DNA of 64,000 nt from Desulfuromonas sp. (GTDB taxonomy: Bacteria > Desulfobacterota > Desulfuromonadia > Desulfuromonadales > Geothermobacteraceae): the NCBI GenBank assembly GCA_002868905.1, contig PKUA01000012.1, forward strand, positions 1,863-65,862, read 5' to 3'. Positions within the stretch are counted from its first letter, which is position 1. Each line of letters opens with the position of its first letter. The translations under genes and the position numbers were made by a program. The notes under the pieces are model-generated. The model did not search any database. It had not been told where the DNA came from and worked only from the letters and a program-made list of their open reading frames with translations. Shown one piece after another: positions 1 to 10,358 of the stretch.

Positions 1-500
1 ACCAGATCGTTTTTCAGCAGCGGCGCCATGGCCAATGCGGCGCTGGTCGGATAGCAACCCGGATTGGCAATCAACCGAGCTTCGGCTATCGCCTCACGGT
101 ACAGCTCCGGTAACCCGTAAACCGCCTCAGCCAGCAGTTCAGGGCTGGTATGGGGCTGATACCACTGCTCGTAGACAGCCGCATCCCGCAACCGGTAGTC
201 GGCTGACAGGTCGACGACCTTGAGGCCGCTTTGCAACAGGTCCGGGATGACCTCCATGGCGCTCTGATGCGGCAGGGCCGTAAAGACCACATCCGCTACG
301 GCTGACAAACTCTCCACCGACAGCGGTGTGCAGGCCAGGTCAATCCGTCCCGCCAACGACGGGAAAACGTTTTGAATTTTCTGCCCGGCATATTGCTGGG
401 AGGTCAGGGCCGTGATTTCGACCTCCGGGTGATCGACCAGCAACCGGATCAGCTCTACACCGGTATAACCGGTCGCGCCTGCTATGCCTACGCGAATCAT
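1..500 (-). CDS. argC: N-acetyl-gamma-glutamyl-phosphate reductase, N-terminal part (gene runs off the left window edge)
   Basis: Absent from the ORF track because there is no stop in the window. Manual reverse translation from ATG 500..498 gives [34 protein letters not shown]...[20 protein letters not shown]. This shows a Rossmann GxxGxxG N-terminus and the catalytic-Cys motif PGCYPT of ArgC. Confidence 0.85.
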   Translation of the reverse strand, partial: MIRVGIAGATGYTGVELIRLLVDHPEVEITALTSQQYAGQKIQNVFPSLAGRIDLACTPLSVESLSAVADVVFTALPHQSAMEVIPDLLQSGLKVVDLSADYRLRDAAVYEQWYQPHTSPELLAEAVYGLPELYREAIAEARLIANPGCYPTSAALAMAPLLKNDL

Positions 501-538
501 ACGACCTCCTTCTGCCTTGACTCCTTGAAGTGAACAAT

Positions 539-570
539 AAAAAAAGAGGGAAGCCGGTCGGCTTCCCTCT
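539..570 (-). terminator. Rho-independent terminator after rpsI
   Basis: On the minus strand: AGAGGGAAGCC-gacc-GGCTTCCCTCT (11-bp stem) followed by a T7 run. It lies about 40 nt downstream of the rpsI stop. Confidence 0.75.
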
Positions 571-611
571 TGTACATGCTGCGAATCGGCAGGTGCTTCC
601 TGCTGTCTCGA

Positions 612-1004
612 TTAACGTTTCGAGAACTGGAAGCTGCGCCGTGCGCCGCGCCGACCGTACTTTTTACGTTCCTTGATACGGCTGTCACGAGTGATGAAAC
701 CAGCCTTCTTCAGGACTCCGCGAAGTTCCGGATTAACTTCGAGCAGCGCCTTGGTCAAACCGTGCTTGATGGCACCGGCCTGGCCGGAGGCGCCACCACC
801 GCAGACGTTCACCGAAACGTCGAATTTGCCAACGTTGTCTGTCAACTCGAGCGGCTGGCGGATAACCATCTTGGAGGTCGGACGACCGAAATACTCGTCG
901 ATGTCCTTTTTGTTCACGGTAATGGTGCCGGTACCCGGAGTGATCCAGACCCGTGCGATCGAAGACTTCCGTTTGCCTGTGGCGTAAAATCTCTGTTCTG
1001 ACAT
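612..1004 (-). CDS. rpsI: 30S ribosomal protein S9
   Basis: 130 aa. Contains [13 protein letters not shown]...[14 protein letters not shown]...[25 protein letters not shown], a canonical S9 sequence including the C-terminal SKR. Confidence 0.97.
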   Translation of the reverse strand: MSEQRFYATGKRKSSIARVWITPGTGTITVNKKDIDEYFGRPTSKMVIRQPLELTDNVGKFDVSVNVCGGGASGQAGAIKHGLTKALLEVNPELRGVLKKAGFITRDSRIKERKKYGRRGARRSFQFSKR

Positions 1005-1027
1005 GTCTTATTCGCTCCTGGCCGGGG

Positions 1028-1462
1028 TTAACCCTTGATTTCCATCGGCTTCGGGGCCTGCGCCGAGTGCGGGTGGTCACCGCCGACATAGACCTTCAGC
1101 TTCTTGACCATCTTCCGGCCGAGTTTGTTTTTCGGCAACATCCCGGTAACAGCCTTTTTGATCAGCTCTTCCGGTTTCTTTTCCAACAGTTTCTCCGCGG
1201 TGATGGATCGAATTCCACCCGGATAACCGCTGTGCCGGTAGTAGGTTTTCTGGGTCAGTTTGTTCCCGGTCAACTTCACCTTGTCGGCGTTGACGACAAC
1301 AACAAAATCCCCGGTGTCGACATGGGGAGTGTAAATCGGTTTATGCTTGCCGCGTAATACACTCGCAATTTGGGCTGCGGCACGTCCGAGGGTCTGTCCC
1401 TCGAGATCTACCACGAACCAGTCTTGTTTCACGGTTGTTGCTTTTGCAGCTATGGTGGTCAT
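1028..1462 (-). CDS. rplM: 50S ribosomal protein L13
   Basis: 144 aa. Contains [47 protein letters not shown], typical of L13. Conserved rplM-rpsI pair. Confidence 0.97.
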   Translation of the reverse strand: MTTIAAKATTVKQDWFVVDLEGQTLGRAAAQIASVLRGKHKPIYTPHVDTGDFVVVVNADKVKLTGNKLTQKTYYRHSGYPGGIRSITAEKLLEKKPEELIKKAVTGMLPKNKLGRKMVKKLKVYVGGDHPHSAQAPKPMEIKG

Positions 1463-1508
1463 TTTTCCTCACTTTTTTCTATGAATTACGGGGCTCACAG
1501 AAAGCGGA

Positions 1509-1537
1509 AAATTAACCGAAAGCCCTGATAATGTCAA
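1509..1537 (-). promoter_or_regulatory. Candidate sigma70 promoter for rplM-rpsI
   Basis: On the minus strand: TTGACA (1537..1532), a 17-nt spacer, then TAATTT (1514..1509). It lies about 50 nt upstream of the rplM ATG. Confidence 0.35.
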
Positions 1538-1545
1538 GAGATATT

Positions 1546-2301
1546 TTAACGAAAACCTGGCGGCGGGTCATAAAAGACCTCTTCCAGGCAGAGACCGGAA
1601 GGAGGAGCCGTCAACGCGGGCCGTTCTACCGGCTGATCCTGCAGCATCCGGCCGATGTCCCGGCAGTCCCTTTGTCCCCTGCCAATCTCGACCAGACACC
1701 CGACCATACGCCGCACCATGTTCTTCAGAAAGCCGCTGCCGACAACGTCGATATGCAGCAAGTTCCCCTCGCTCCGGAAATTGATAGCGTCAATCCTGCG
1801 GACGGTCCGTTGCGAACTGCAGCCGCTGGTGCGAAATCGGATGAAGTCGTGCACGCCGACAAAATCAGGCGCCGCCGTCTCCATCGGTGCCAGGTCGAGG
1901 TCGGGTTCGACCCGCCAGACATATCGGCTGACCAGGGGACGCCGCTGCTGCGACAACAGCAGGGTATAACGGTAACGTTTGCCGGTTGCGCTGAACCTAG
2001 CGTGAAAACAGTCCTCGACCGGAGCGACGCCGATCACCGCCAGATCCGGCGGCAGCATGCTGTTCATCCCCTCGCGGTAAGCTGACGCGGGCAACGACCT
2101 TTCGGTATCGAAATGCACCACCATCCCCCGGGCATGCACTCCGGCATCGGTGCGCCCGGATGGGTGAACGCGCACCGGAACCTCGAGCATGGTCTGCAGG
2201 GCCGCTTCGAGTTGCCCCTGTACCGTCCTGCCGTTCGGTTGCAACTGCGAACCACAGAAGTCAGTCCCGTCGAATTCGATTTTCAGACAAATACGGTTCA
2301 C
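1546..2301 (-). CDS. truA: tRNA pseudouridine(38-40) synthase
   Basis: Contains RICLKIEFDGTDFCGSQ...GRTDAGVHARGMVVHF, including the catalytic Asp motif RTDAGVHA. The likely start is GTG 2301..2299, which forms a GTGA overlap with the upstream stop. The track ORF extends to 2331. Confidence 0.9.
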   Translation of the reverse strand: MNRICLKIEFDGTDFCGSQLQPNGRTVQGQLEAALQTMLEVPVRVHPSGRTDAGVHARGMVVHFDTERSLPASAYREGMNSMLPPDLAVIGVAPVEDCFHARFSATGKRYRYTLLLSQQRRPLVSRYVWRVEPDLDLAPMETAAPDFVGVHDFIRFRTSGCSSQRTVRRIDAINFRSEGNLLHIDVVGSGFLKNMVRRMVGCLVEIGRGQRDCRDIGRMLQDQPVERPALTAPPSGLCLEEVFYDPPPGFR

Positions 2302-3053
2302 AGGGCACCCACCAGCACAATGGAAATCCACCCCAGCAGCAGCATGACCAGCACCAGCCGCCCCGTCGCATCGAATTCCGGAAGAGTGAGATCGGGTTCT
2401 TCCCGGGAAGATTTCGCCAGGTCAACGGCATGACGGTCGGCCCGGTCGGCCAGGGCATGAATGGCCGGATCGAGTTGAGCGACCAGGCACTGCAATCGGG
2501 CCGTCATACCGCCCCCGCAGTTCCGTTTGACTTCACGGCGAATCCTCTCCCCCTCATCCCTGAGATGCGGCACAAACTGAAACACCAGACCGACCAGCTC
2601 ACCCCAACGGTGAACCGGAGCTCCAAAGAATTGCAGCGGCCGCATCAGGCCGACCAACCCCTTGACCAGCATTTGGTTTGAGGTCACCCCGGTGAGCAGC
2701 CTGGCGGCAATGATCGCGACGACGATTTTCAGGGCCGTCATCAGGCCTGACTGCAACCCGTCCAGTGAAAGCCAGGTCGTACCGAACAATGTACGCCCGG
2801 GAGAAAGCAGCAGGTGAAACAGAACTGTAACCAACAGCAGCCAGCGAAACTTCAGGATCGACCTGGCGACTTCCTTCCAGTGGCACCCGCTGCTCATCCA
2901 GAACAATCCGAGCACGAAAAGAACGGCGCAAAGGGCGGCAAAGGTGTGACAGGCAAACGCGGCGGCCACCAGAAGCGGAAACAGCAGGAGCTTCAGGCGG
3001 GGGTCGAGTTCCACGAGCCACCCCGACTCGGCAATGAACGGCTGACCGATCAT
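2298..3053 (-). CDS. EcfT/CbiQ-family transmembrane protein (energy-coupling-factor T component-like)
   Basis: Multi-TM protein. LDPRLKLLLFPLLVAAAF near the N-terminus is typical of CbiQ/EcfT, and it sits in the ecfT-truA position known from Firmicutes. Start taken at ATG 3053 because the longer ORF start (3083) runs into the leuB terminator hairpin. Confidence 0.65.
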   Translation of the reverse strand: MIGQPFIAESGWLVELDPRLKLLLFPLLVAAAFACHTFAALCAVLFVLGLFWMSSGCHWKEVARSILKFRWLLLVTVLFHLLLSPGRTLFGTTWLSLDGLQSGLMTALKIVVAIIAARLLTGVTSNQMLVKGLVGLMRPLQFFGAPVHRWGELVGLVFQFVPHLRDEGERIRREVKRNCGGGMTARLQCLVAQLDPAIHALADRADRHAVDLAKSSREEPDLTLPEFDATGRLVLVMLLLGWISIVLVGAL

Positions 3054-3079
3054 GGTCTCACCGGACCAGCGCTCAAGAC

Positions 3080-3111
3080 GCAAAAACCCTGCTTGTAGCA
3101 GGGTTTTTGCG
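3080..3111 (-). terminator. Intrinsic terminator after leuB (symmetric, potentially bidirectional)
   Basis: GCAAAAACCCTGC-ttgt-AGCAGGGTTTTTGC. The stem CCCTGC/GCAGGG is flanked by an A5 run on one side and a T5 run on the other, about 20 nt downstream of the leuB stop. Confidence 0.75.
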
Positions 3112-3131
3112 CATTCGAAATAAGAGCTGTT

Positions 3132-4295
<1,164 letters not shown>

Positions 4296-4316
4296 TCATT
4301 TTTTCAAACGGTTGCA

Positions 4317-4346
4317 ACTATAATTAGCGAACGCGGCTTTTGTCAA
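4317..4346 (-). promoter_or_regulatory. Candidate sigma70 promoter for leuB
   Basis: On the minus strand: TTGACA (4346..4341), an 18-nt spacer, then TATAGT (4322..4317). This predicts a 5' UTR of about 90 nt ending in a hairpin (4235..4252) just before the AAGGAG SD. Confidence 0.5.
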
Positions 4347-4396
4347 ACGGTTTTTCCCCTGTCCTCGTCTAAAGCTTTTCGGCGTTGAACCGACGG

Positions 4397-5089
4397 TCAA
4401 AACAGGGCAAACAGCAGTGGGACCAGGATTGCGCTGGCCAAACCGTTTAAACCGATGGCGAGACCGGCGACCGCCCCACCGAACCGATCCACGGCGAGCA
4501 TACGGGCCGTGCCGATACCGTGCGAGGCAGTACCAACCGCCAGCCCGGTCGCGGCGACCGACCTGATGCCAATCAAGCGGCAGAACTCCGGACCGCAGAT
4601 GGCGCCGATACAACCGGTCAAAACAACCAGGGCCGCCGTCAGCTCGGGGATGCCACCGATTTTCTCGACGATCCCGATGGCGATCGGGGTCGTCACCGAC
4701 TTCGGCCCGAGGGAGCGGACGACCGCAGGACTCCCACCCAGAAACCACGCGACACCGGAAGCTGAAGCGACCGATGCGAAAACTCCGGCAAGGATGCCAA
4801 GCAGGATCGGACGTTTTCGAGCCGCGATCTCCCTGTGCCGCTTGTAAAGGGGCAGCGCAAGGGCGACAACCGATGGACCGAGCATGAACAACACGTAGCG
4901 CCCCCCTTTTGCATACGACGCGTAGGGGATGTCGAACACCAGCAAAAGGAGAATAATGGCGATGATAGAAAACGCGACCGGAGTGAGAAGCATGGAGCGG
5001 GTTCGTGCGTAAAGAAGCTGAGCCAAGGCGTAGACCAGCAGAGTCAAACCGACCCCGAAAAGCGGCTGGGAGAAGATATCAGTCACCAT
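4397..5089 (-). CDS. lrgB: LrgB/CidB-family membrane protein
   Basis: 230 aa, polytopic. Contains PKSVTTPIAIGIVEKIGGIPELTAALVVLTG and GTASHGIGTA, typical of LrgB. Overlaps the upstream lrgA-like gene. Confidence 0.88.
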   Translation of the reverse strand: MVTDIFSQPLFGVGLTLLVYALAQLLYARTRSMLLTPVAFSIIAIILLLLVFDIPYASYAKGGRYVLFMLGPSVVALALPLYKRHREIAARKRPILLGILAGVFASVASASGVAWFLGGSPAVVRSLGPKSVTTPIAIGIVEKIGGIPELTAALVVLTGCIGAICGPEFCRLIGIRSVAATGLAVGTASHGIGTARMLAVDRFGGAVAGLAIGLNGLASAILVPLLFALF

Positions 5090-5450
5090 GCCCCGCCTCT
5101 TCCGGTTCCAGTTTCTCGGCCACCCAGCCGGTGACGGCCATGACGACGAAGGTACTGGCCACCGTGCCGACGGCGATCGGCAACCACTCGGAGCGGATCA
5201 GGTCGAAATAGACCATCACTCCGACACCGGCCGGGACAAAAAAGAGCGCCATATGCGAGAGCAGCAATTCCACCGCCGCTTCGATCCAGTACACCTTGAC
5301 CACGTTCAGGTGGAGCAGGAGCAGCAGCAGAGCCATCCCGATGACGTTACCGGGGACCGGCAGGGAAAACCCGGTGGAGACCAACTCTCCGACAAACTGC
5401 AGCGCAAGCAGAATCCCGAGGCCCAGCGAGAGGCCTGAGAGGTCTTTCAC
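5079..5450 (-). CDS. lrgA: LrgA/CidA holin-like membrane protein
   Basis: 123 aa with 4 predicted TM segments. Contains LPVPGNVIGMALLLLLL, typical of LrgA. Paired with lrgB with an 11-nt overlap. Confidence 0.85.
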   Translation of the reverse strand: MKDLSGLSLGLGILLALQFVGELVSTGFSLPVPGNVIGMALLLLLLHLNVVKVYWIEAAVELLLSHMALFFVPAGVGVMVYFDLIRSEWLPIAVGTVASTFVVMAVTGWVAEKLEPEEAGHGD

Positions 5451-6250
5451 TTCGGTTTTCCGCTCTTCAGTTCGTCGCGCAGGCCTGCCACCACCGCTTC
5501 AACTTCGCTGCGGATGGTTTCGGCATCTGGGCTGGTCTCATTTTGTAAAAACCCGAGAAAGGCGGTGAGGGCCTCGGACGGCTGTTCAAGATCGAGATGG
5601 ATGTTGCCGAGGGTCAGGTAGGCATTGCTGAAGGTCGGATCCTTGGCAATGGCGTTGCGACAACCCGTCTCCGCTGCGTCCAGATCACCGTTGTCGTAAT
5701 GAAGCTCGGCCAGGTTGAAGTCCGCTTGTGGATCTTCGGGATCGAGGGCGATCCCCTTCTCGAAACAATCCCGCGCGCCGTCCATATCACCCTGGGCAAA
5801 CAGGGCATCCCCGAGTGCGTTCAGGGCAAACACGGCTTCGGGATCATGTTCCAATGCCTTCCGGTAGCAGCGAATCGCGTCTTCAACATCTCCCTGGTGA
5901 TAGGAGACCAGGCCGAGACTGACCCAGGCATCGGAATCGGTGGGATCATCGTCGAGAATGGAGCGGTAGGTCGCGGCTGCCTCGCCGGGCTGGTGATTTT
6001 CGAATTCCAGGTCTCCCAGGGCAAACAGGAACTCACTGTTTCCGGGGAGCAGCTCCACGCCCTGACGCAGAATCGCGATGGCCTCTGCAAACAGATGTTG
6101 GCCCGCCAGCGCTTCGCCCAGGAGCAACCTTGCCTGAACCGACTCCGCGTCCTGCTCCAGGGCACGCTGCAGTTGGGACTGGGCTGCCTTGAAGGAGCCT
6201 TTTTCCAGGGCCTGCTCACCAAGGGCAAGCAACCGGGTGGCATCTTCCAT
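5447..6250 (-). CDS. Tetratricopeptide-repeat protein
   Basis: Repeated A..Y...L..DP....A...LG TPR consensus throughout. Start set at ATG 6250 (MEDATRLL) because the longer ORF (6295) overlaps the hfq-distal hairpin. Confidence 0.8.
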   Translation of the reverse strand: MEDATRLLALGEQALEKGSFKAAQSQLQRALEQDAESVQARLLLGEALAGQHLFAEAIAILRQGVELLPGNSEFLFALGDLEFENHQPGEAAATYRSILDDDPTDSDAWVSLGLVSYHQGDVEDAIRCYRKALEHDPEAVFALNALGDALFAQGDMDGARDCFEKGIALDPEDPQADFNLAELHYDNGDLDAAETGCRNAIAKDPTFSNAYLTLGNIHLDLEQPSEALTAFLGFLQNETSPDAETIRSEVEAVVAGLRDELKSGKPK

Positions 6251-6284
6251 AACAGATGGCTCTCGTGGTGGAGTGGATGGAAAC

Positions 6285-6316
6285 GGGCCGCACACCGACT
6301 AGCGGCAGTGCGGCCC
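6285..6316 (-). terminator. Hairpin downstream of hfq (weak terminator or processing site)
   Basis: On the minus strand: GGGCCGCAC-12 nt-GTGCGGCCC (9-bp perfect stem) followed by GTTTCC. The U-tract is poor. Confidence 0.4.
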
Positions 6317-6339
6317 GTCAAGGGTATGTCTCTTGTGCT

Positions 6340-6579
6340 TTAGTCGCGACCGCCGTGCAGGCGGAAGTTGCCGTCTGACGAAGTGATCGTGGAGATTGCG
6401 TGCTTATACAGCAAAAAATCTCCCGTGCTGTCGACCAGCACACAAAAGCTGTCGAACGACTTGATGTATCCTTCAAGACGATCGCCAGACATCATGGTCA
6501 CGGTAACCTTCACCCGCTCCTTGCGGGCCTGGTTCAGATACTGATCCTGAATATTAAACGGTGTCTTTGCCATATCCAC
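6340..6579 (-). CDS. hfq: RNA chaperone Hfq
   Basis: 79 aa. Contains FNIQDQYLNQARKERVKVTVTMMSGDRLEGYIKSFDSFCVLV...LLYKHAISTI, the Sm1/Sm2 motifs. Conserved miaA-hfq order. Confidence 0.97.
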   Translation of the reverse strand: MDMAKTPFNIQDQYLNQARKERVKVTVTMMSGDRLEGYIKSFDSFCVLVDSTGDFLLYKHAISTITSSDGNFRLHGGRD

Positions 6580-6587
6580 TCCTTGAA

Positions 6588-7532
6588 TTAAGCAATAAAA
6601 TTTTCAATCAACTTGCAGATTTTAACAAACTCAGTTGAGGAATCAAGCCAAATCATCGTTTTGTCCCTTCTCATCCAGGTCAATTGGCGTTTGGCATAGC
6701 GTCTGCTATTGCGCTGAATCAGTCCCAGGGCCTTCTCGCGGTCGGACCCGCCCCGCAACACCCCGACCATTTCCCGGTAGCCGATAGTTTTCATCGCCTT
6801 GGCATTACCCAGGCCGGAGTCGAGCAGATTTCTCACCTCGGCTTCAAGGCCCTGCCGCATCATTGCGACGACCCGATCGTCGATGCGCTGATAGAGTTCC
6901 TGCCGATCCATGAACAAGCCGATTTTCAGTACACGGTACGGACGATCGGAGAAACCGTGCTCCCGCTGCAACCTGGAAAAGGCCTGCCCGGTTTGAGAAA
7001 TCACTTCAAGGGCCCGGACAATCCGCACCCGATTACCGGGAGGAATAGCCTGAGCGGCCACGGGATCCCGTTCCTGCAACAATCGGTATAAAGCCCCATC
7101 GCCTTCACGATTGTCCAAACCTTCCAGGGCTTGCCGCAATTCCGGGTCGGCTCCGGGAGAGGACATCAGCCCTTCAGTCAAGAGCTGCCAGTAGAGACCG
7201 GTTCCGCCGACAACCAGCGGAATTCGGCCTCTCGTTTGGATTTCAGCGGCGGCCCGGTCGGCGAGTCGGATAAAATCGGCCACGGAAAACTCCTCGGCCG
7301 GATCGACCACGTCAAGCAGATGATGGGGGACTCCCTCCCGCTCAACCTCTGTCGGTTTGGCCGTACCGATGTTCATGCCACGGTAAACCTGGCGGGAATC
7401 GGCGGAGATAATTTCGAGCGGGTATCGTTTGGCGAGGGTGACCGCCAAAGCCGTTTTGCCGACGGCGGTCGGCCCGCACAGAAGAATGATTCGGGGCCTT
7501 CCCTCAGCGGCGCTGGAAGAGCTTTTCGACAT
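6588..7532 (-). CDS. miaA: tRNA dimethylallyltransferase
   Basis: P-loop LLCGPTAVGKTALA, plus IISADSRQVYRGMNIGTAKPT. Start taken at ATG 7532 (MSKSSS); the track ORF extends to 7568. Overlaps the mutL 3' end. Confidence 0.93.
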   Translation of the reverse strand: MSKSSSSAAEGRPRIILLCGPTAVGKTALAVTLAKRYPLEIISADSRQVYRGMNIGTAKPTEVEREGVPHHLLDVVDPAEEFSVADFIRLADRAAAEIQTRGRIPLVVGGTGLYWQLLTEGLMSSPGADPELRQALEGLDNREGDGALYRLLQERDPVAAQAIPPGNRVRIVRALEVISQTGQAFSRLQREHGFSDRPYRVLKIGLFMDRQELYQRIDDRVVAMMRQGLEAEVRNLLDSGLGNAKAMKTIGYREMVGVLRGGSDREKALGLIQRNSRRYAKRQLTWMRRDKTMIWLDSSTEFVKICKLIENFIA

Positions 7533-9324
7533 CGGCCAGTGACATACGGGTGAAGACCGGGCGCCCATGCGGACACCGGCTGCTGAAATCGATTCGGTCC
7601 AACTCCTTGAGCAGGGCGAGCATCTGTTGCTGGCTTAAAGATTGGTTAGCCCGAACCATGGTGTGACATGCCATGGTCATCAACACTTTGTCGAGTGCCT
7701 CATCGACCAGTCCGCTACTGCCGATGGTGTTGAGTTCACCGGCGACATCCCGCAACAACGTCTCGAAATCAACATGCTGCAACAGCTGCGGCACCCCCTT
7801 GACGACATAGGCACGTTGTCCGAATTCCTCCAGATCGAAACCGAGACGACTCAATTGCGGCAGAACTTCGGAAAAATCAGCGAACTCGGCGGCATTCAAT
7901 TCCAGCACCAACGGGAACAACAACCGCTGCCTCTCGACCCCGGTTTGTTGCAGCTGGACTTTGAGCTTTTCAAATCCGATCCGCTCATGGGCAGCATGCT
8001 GATCGATGAGCAGAAGGTCATCGTCTTCCTGACAGACCAGGTAGCTGTTCCGGTACTGTCCGATCAGCTGAAAACGGGCGAAAAAGCGATCACCCCCGTC
8101 ATGCGACTCGGTCCTCCCGGGCGTCGTCACCTGAAAACCGCCTGTGGACGGCGCAATACCCTCGCGGTCAGCACCGTGAGCGGCATATCGATCCAGCGCC
8201 TCTTTAATGCTGTTCTTCCCGTCCTGTCGGGAGCTTTGTACAGGGAGAGTCGCGGGGAATTCCCGTTGCATTTCCGACCGCTGCGGTGAAGGAACGGGCG
8301 GCATCACCTCGCCCTTTTCAGGAACGGTCGCTGCGGGGGAACTTAAGGTTTCACGGATCCCGGAGGCGACGAAATCGTGAACCCCGCTCGGTTCCCGGAA
8401 TCGGACCTCATGCTTGGTCGGGTGAACATTGACATCGACCTGTTCGGAGGCCATCTCCAGAAACAGCACCACCACCGGATAACGCCCTTTCGGGATAAGA
8501 TTCCGATACCCGTCGAGCAGGGCGTGCTGAATCAAGCGGTCCCTGATGAAACGACCGTTGATATACGTGTAGACGGCATTGGCCGATGAACGAGTCAAGC
8601 CCGGTTCGCCGAGGAAACCGTGCACTTCCCCCCAGGGAGCAGTCAGGCGAAGCGGATGAAGTTGGCTCAGGGTGGGTCTCCCGAGCAAGGCGCCAATCCT
8701 CTCTTCGGGATTCGCGTGTCGCGGCAGGTCGATCAGGGTCCGGCCGTTATGACTCAGACGAAATTGGACATCATATCGGGCGAGAGCTTGCCGCGTGACT
8801 GTTTCACTGATATGGCCGAGCTCTGTTTCATCCCGACGCAGAAATTTTTTCCGTGCCGGCAGTTTATAAAACAGATTCCTGACCTCGATTTCCGTGCCAC
8901 GCGGTCGACCGGCGGCCCTGACATCACGTACCTGCCCGGCTTCGACGCGAACTTCCCAGCCTTCATCGGCCTCTTCGGTTCGACTGCTGGTGGTGAACCT
9001 GGAAACGGCAGCGATAGAAGGAAGGGCTTCTCCACGGAACCCGAGGGTGCGGATCTGGAACAGGTCGGTGTCTTGCCTGATTTTACTGGTTGCATGCCGC
9101 TCGAGGCAAAGCAACAAATCTTCTCTCCCCATGCCGTGACCATCGTCAACAATCCGCACCAGGGATTTCCCGCCCCGCTCCAGGTCTATCTGTATCGATG
9201 TGGCGGCAGCGTCGAGAGAGTTTTCCAGCAACTCCTTGACGACGGAAGAAGGTCGTTCGACCACCTCGCCGGCAGCGATCTGATTACAAAGAGTTTCCGG
9301 AAGAATGTGAATTTGCGGGGGCAT
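7504..9324 (-). CDS. mutL: DNA mismatch repair protein MutL (endonuclease type)
   Basis: N-terminal GHKL ATPase motif QIAAGEVVERPSSVVKELLENSLDA. C-terminal DQHAAHERIGFE endonuclease motif and CPHGRP. Confidence 0.95.
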   Translation of the reverse strand: MPPQIHILPETLCNQIAAGEVVERPSSVVKELLENSLDAAATSIQIDLERGGKSLVRIVDDGHGMGREDLLLCLERHATSKIRQDTDLFQIRTLGFRGEALPSIAAVSRFTTSSRTEEADEGWEVRVEAGQVRDVRAAGRPRGTEIEVRNLFYKLPARKKFLRRDETELGHISETVTRQALARYDVQFRLSHNGRTLIDLPRHANPEERIGALLGRPTLSQLHPLRLTAPWGEVHGFLGEPGLTRSSANAVYTYINGRFIRDRLIQHALLDGYRNLIPKGRYPVVVLFLEMASEQVDVNVHPTKHEVRFREPSGVHDFVASGIRETLSSPAATVPEKGEVMPPVPSPQRSEMQREFPATLPVQSSRQDGKNSIKEALDRYAAHGADREGIAPSTGGFQVTTPGRTESHDGGDRFFARFQLIGQYRNSYLVCQEDDDLLLIDQHAAHERIGFEKLKVQLQQTGVERQRLLFPLVLELNAAEFADFSEVLPQLSRLGFDLEEFGQRAYVVKGVPQLLQHVDFETLLRDVAGELNTIGSSGLVDEALDKVLMTMACHTMVRANQSLSQQQMLALLKELDRIDFSSRCPHGRPVFTRMSLADVEKLFQRR

Positions 9325-9413
9325 GGTCGATTACCGGATCAGCGATCATTGCCTTCCGACCGCTGTCTGACATGAGGCTGTCCCCCCAACCAAGACCTGG
9401 ATGGGGAAAAAGC

Positions 9414-10334
9414 TTACTTCATCTCGAGATTGTCAAGCAGGCTGTCGATCTCATCAAGGTCATCGGAAGCCGCGCTCTCTTCACGAACTTTTCCGCCACC
9501 CTGGGCCGAGGCAACGGCCGAACGCGTCAGGCCGAGGTCGCCGACGACACTCTCGACCACCGGCAGATCGACCTTGAGTTGTTTGCGAAGATACGCCTCG
9601 AACAGGCAGTTGTCGCAAATGGTGTTGATGATACGCGGGACCCCGCCACTGAACTGATGGATCACCTTCAAGGTGTCGGGCTCAAAAAACATTCGTTTAG
9701 CGCCGGCAATTTTGAGCCGATGGCGAACATAGGCATCGGTCGTGTTGTCCTTCATGGAGCGGAGATGGCATTTCACCGCGACCCGCTGAGCCAAAGGCTC
9801 ATCAAGGCTGAGGCATTCCTCGACATCCGGCAGCCCGAAGAAAATGATATTCAACAGCTTTTTACCCGGAATCTCCAGGTTGAGCAGACCACGGAACTCT
9901 TCCATCAACTCCCGCGATTCGAGCATCTGGGCTTCGTCGATCAAGACGACCGCTTTCCGTCCGGCCTCCTCGATCTCCAGCAAGCGATGGTAGAGCTGGC
10001 GAAGCAGGTCAAGCCGGTTCCCCGCCGGATTCTCCACCCCGAGTTGCACGGCAATTCGGGTCAGAATCCATTCCTGGGTCACCCCGGAATGCACCATCAC
10101 CAACAACGATGATTCGTATTTATCCTCGGGGAGTTGCTCCAGCAAACGTCTGGCAAGGGTCGTCTTTCCGCACCCGACCCCGCCGACCAGGACCGCAAGA
10201 CCCTTGTCGGAATCAACCGAGTAGCGCAACTTGAGCAAGGCCTGCTTGTGCTGCTCGCTGGCATAATAGAAACGTGCATCAGGAGCGTTCGAGAACGGCT
10301 CATTGACGAGTTGAAAATGTTCCAGGTAATTCAT
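9414..10334 (-). CDS. ExeA/GspA/MshM-like AAA+ ATPase
   Basis: 306 aa. Contains FQLVNEPFSNAPDARFYY, Walker A GGVGCGKTTLAR, Walker B VVLIDEAQ, and GGVPRIINTICD, which is characteristic of the ExeA/MshM family. Confidence 0.8.
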   Translation of the reverse strand: MNYLEHFQLVNEPFSNAPDARFYYASEQHKQALLKLRYSVDSDKGLAVLVGGVGCGKTTLARRLLEQLPEDKYESSLLVMVHSGVTQEWILTRIAVQLGVENPAGNRLDLLRQLYHRLLEIEEAGRKAVVLIDEAQMLESRELMEEFRGLLNLEIPGKKLLNIIFFGLPDVEECLSLDEPLAQRVAVKCHLRSMKDNTTDAYVRHRLKIAGAKRMFFEPDTLKVIHQFSGGVPRIINTICDNCLFEAYLRKQLKVDLPVVESVVGDLGLTRSAVASAQGGGKVREESAASDDLDEIDSLLDNLEMK

Positions 10335-10358
10335 AGTGTCATAGACAAGTGTTCGGGT

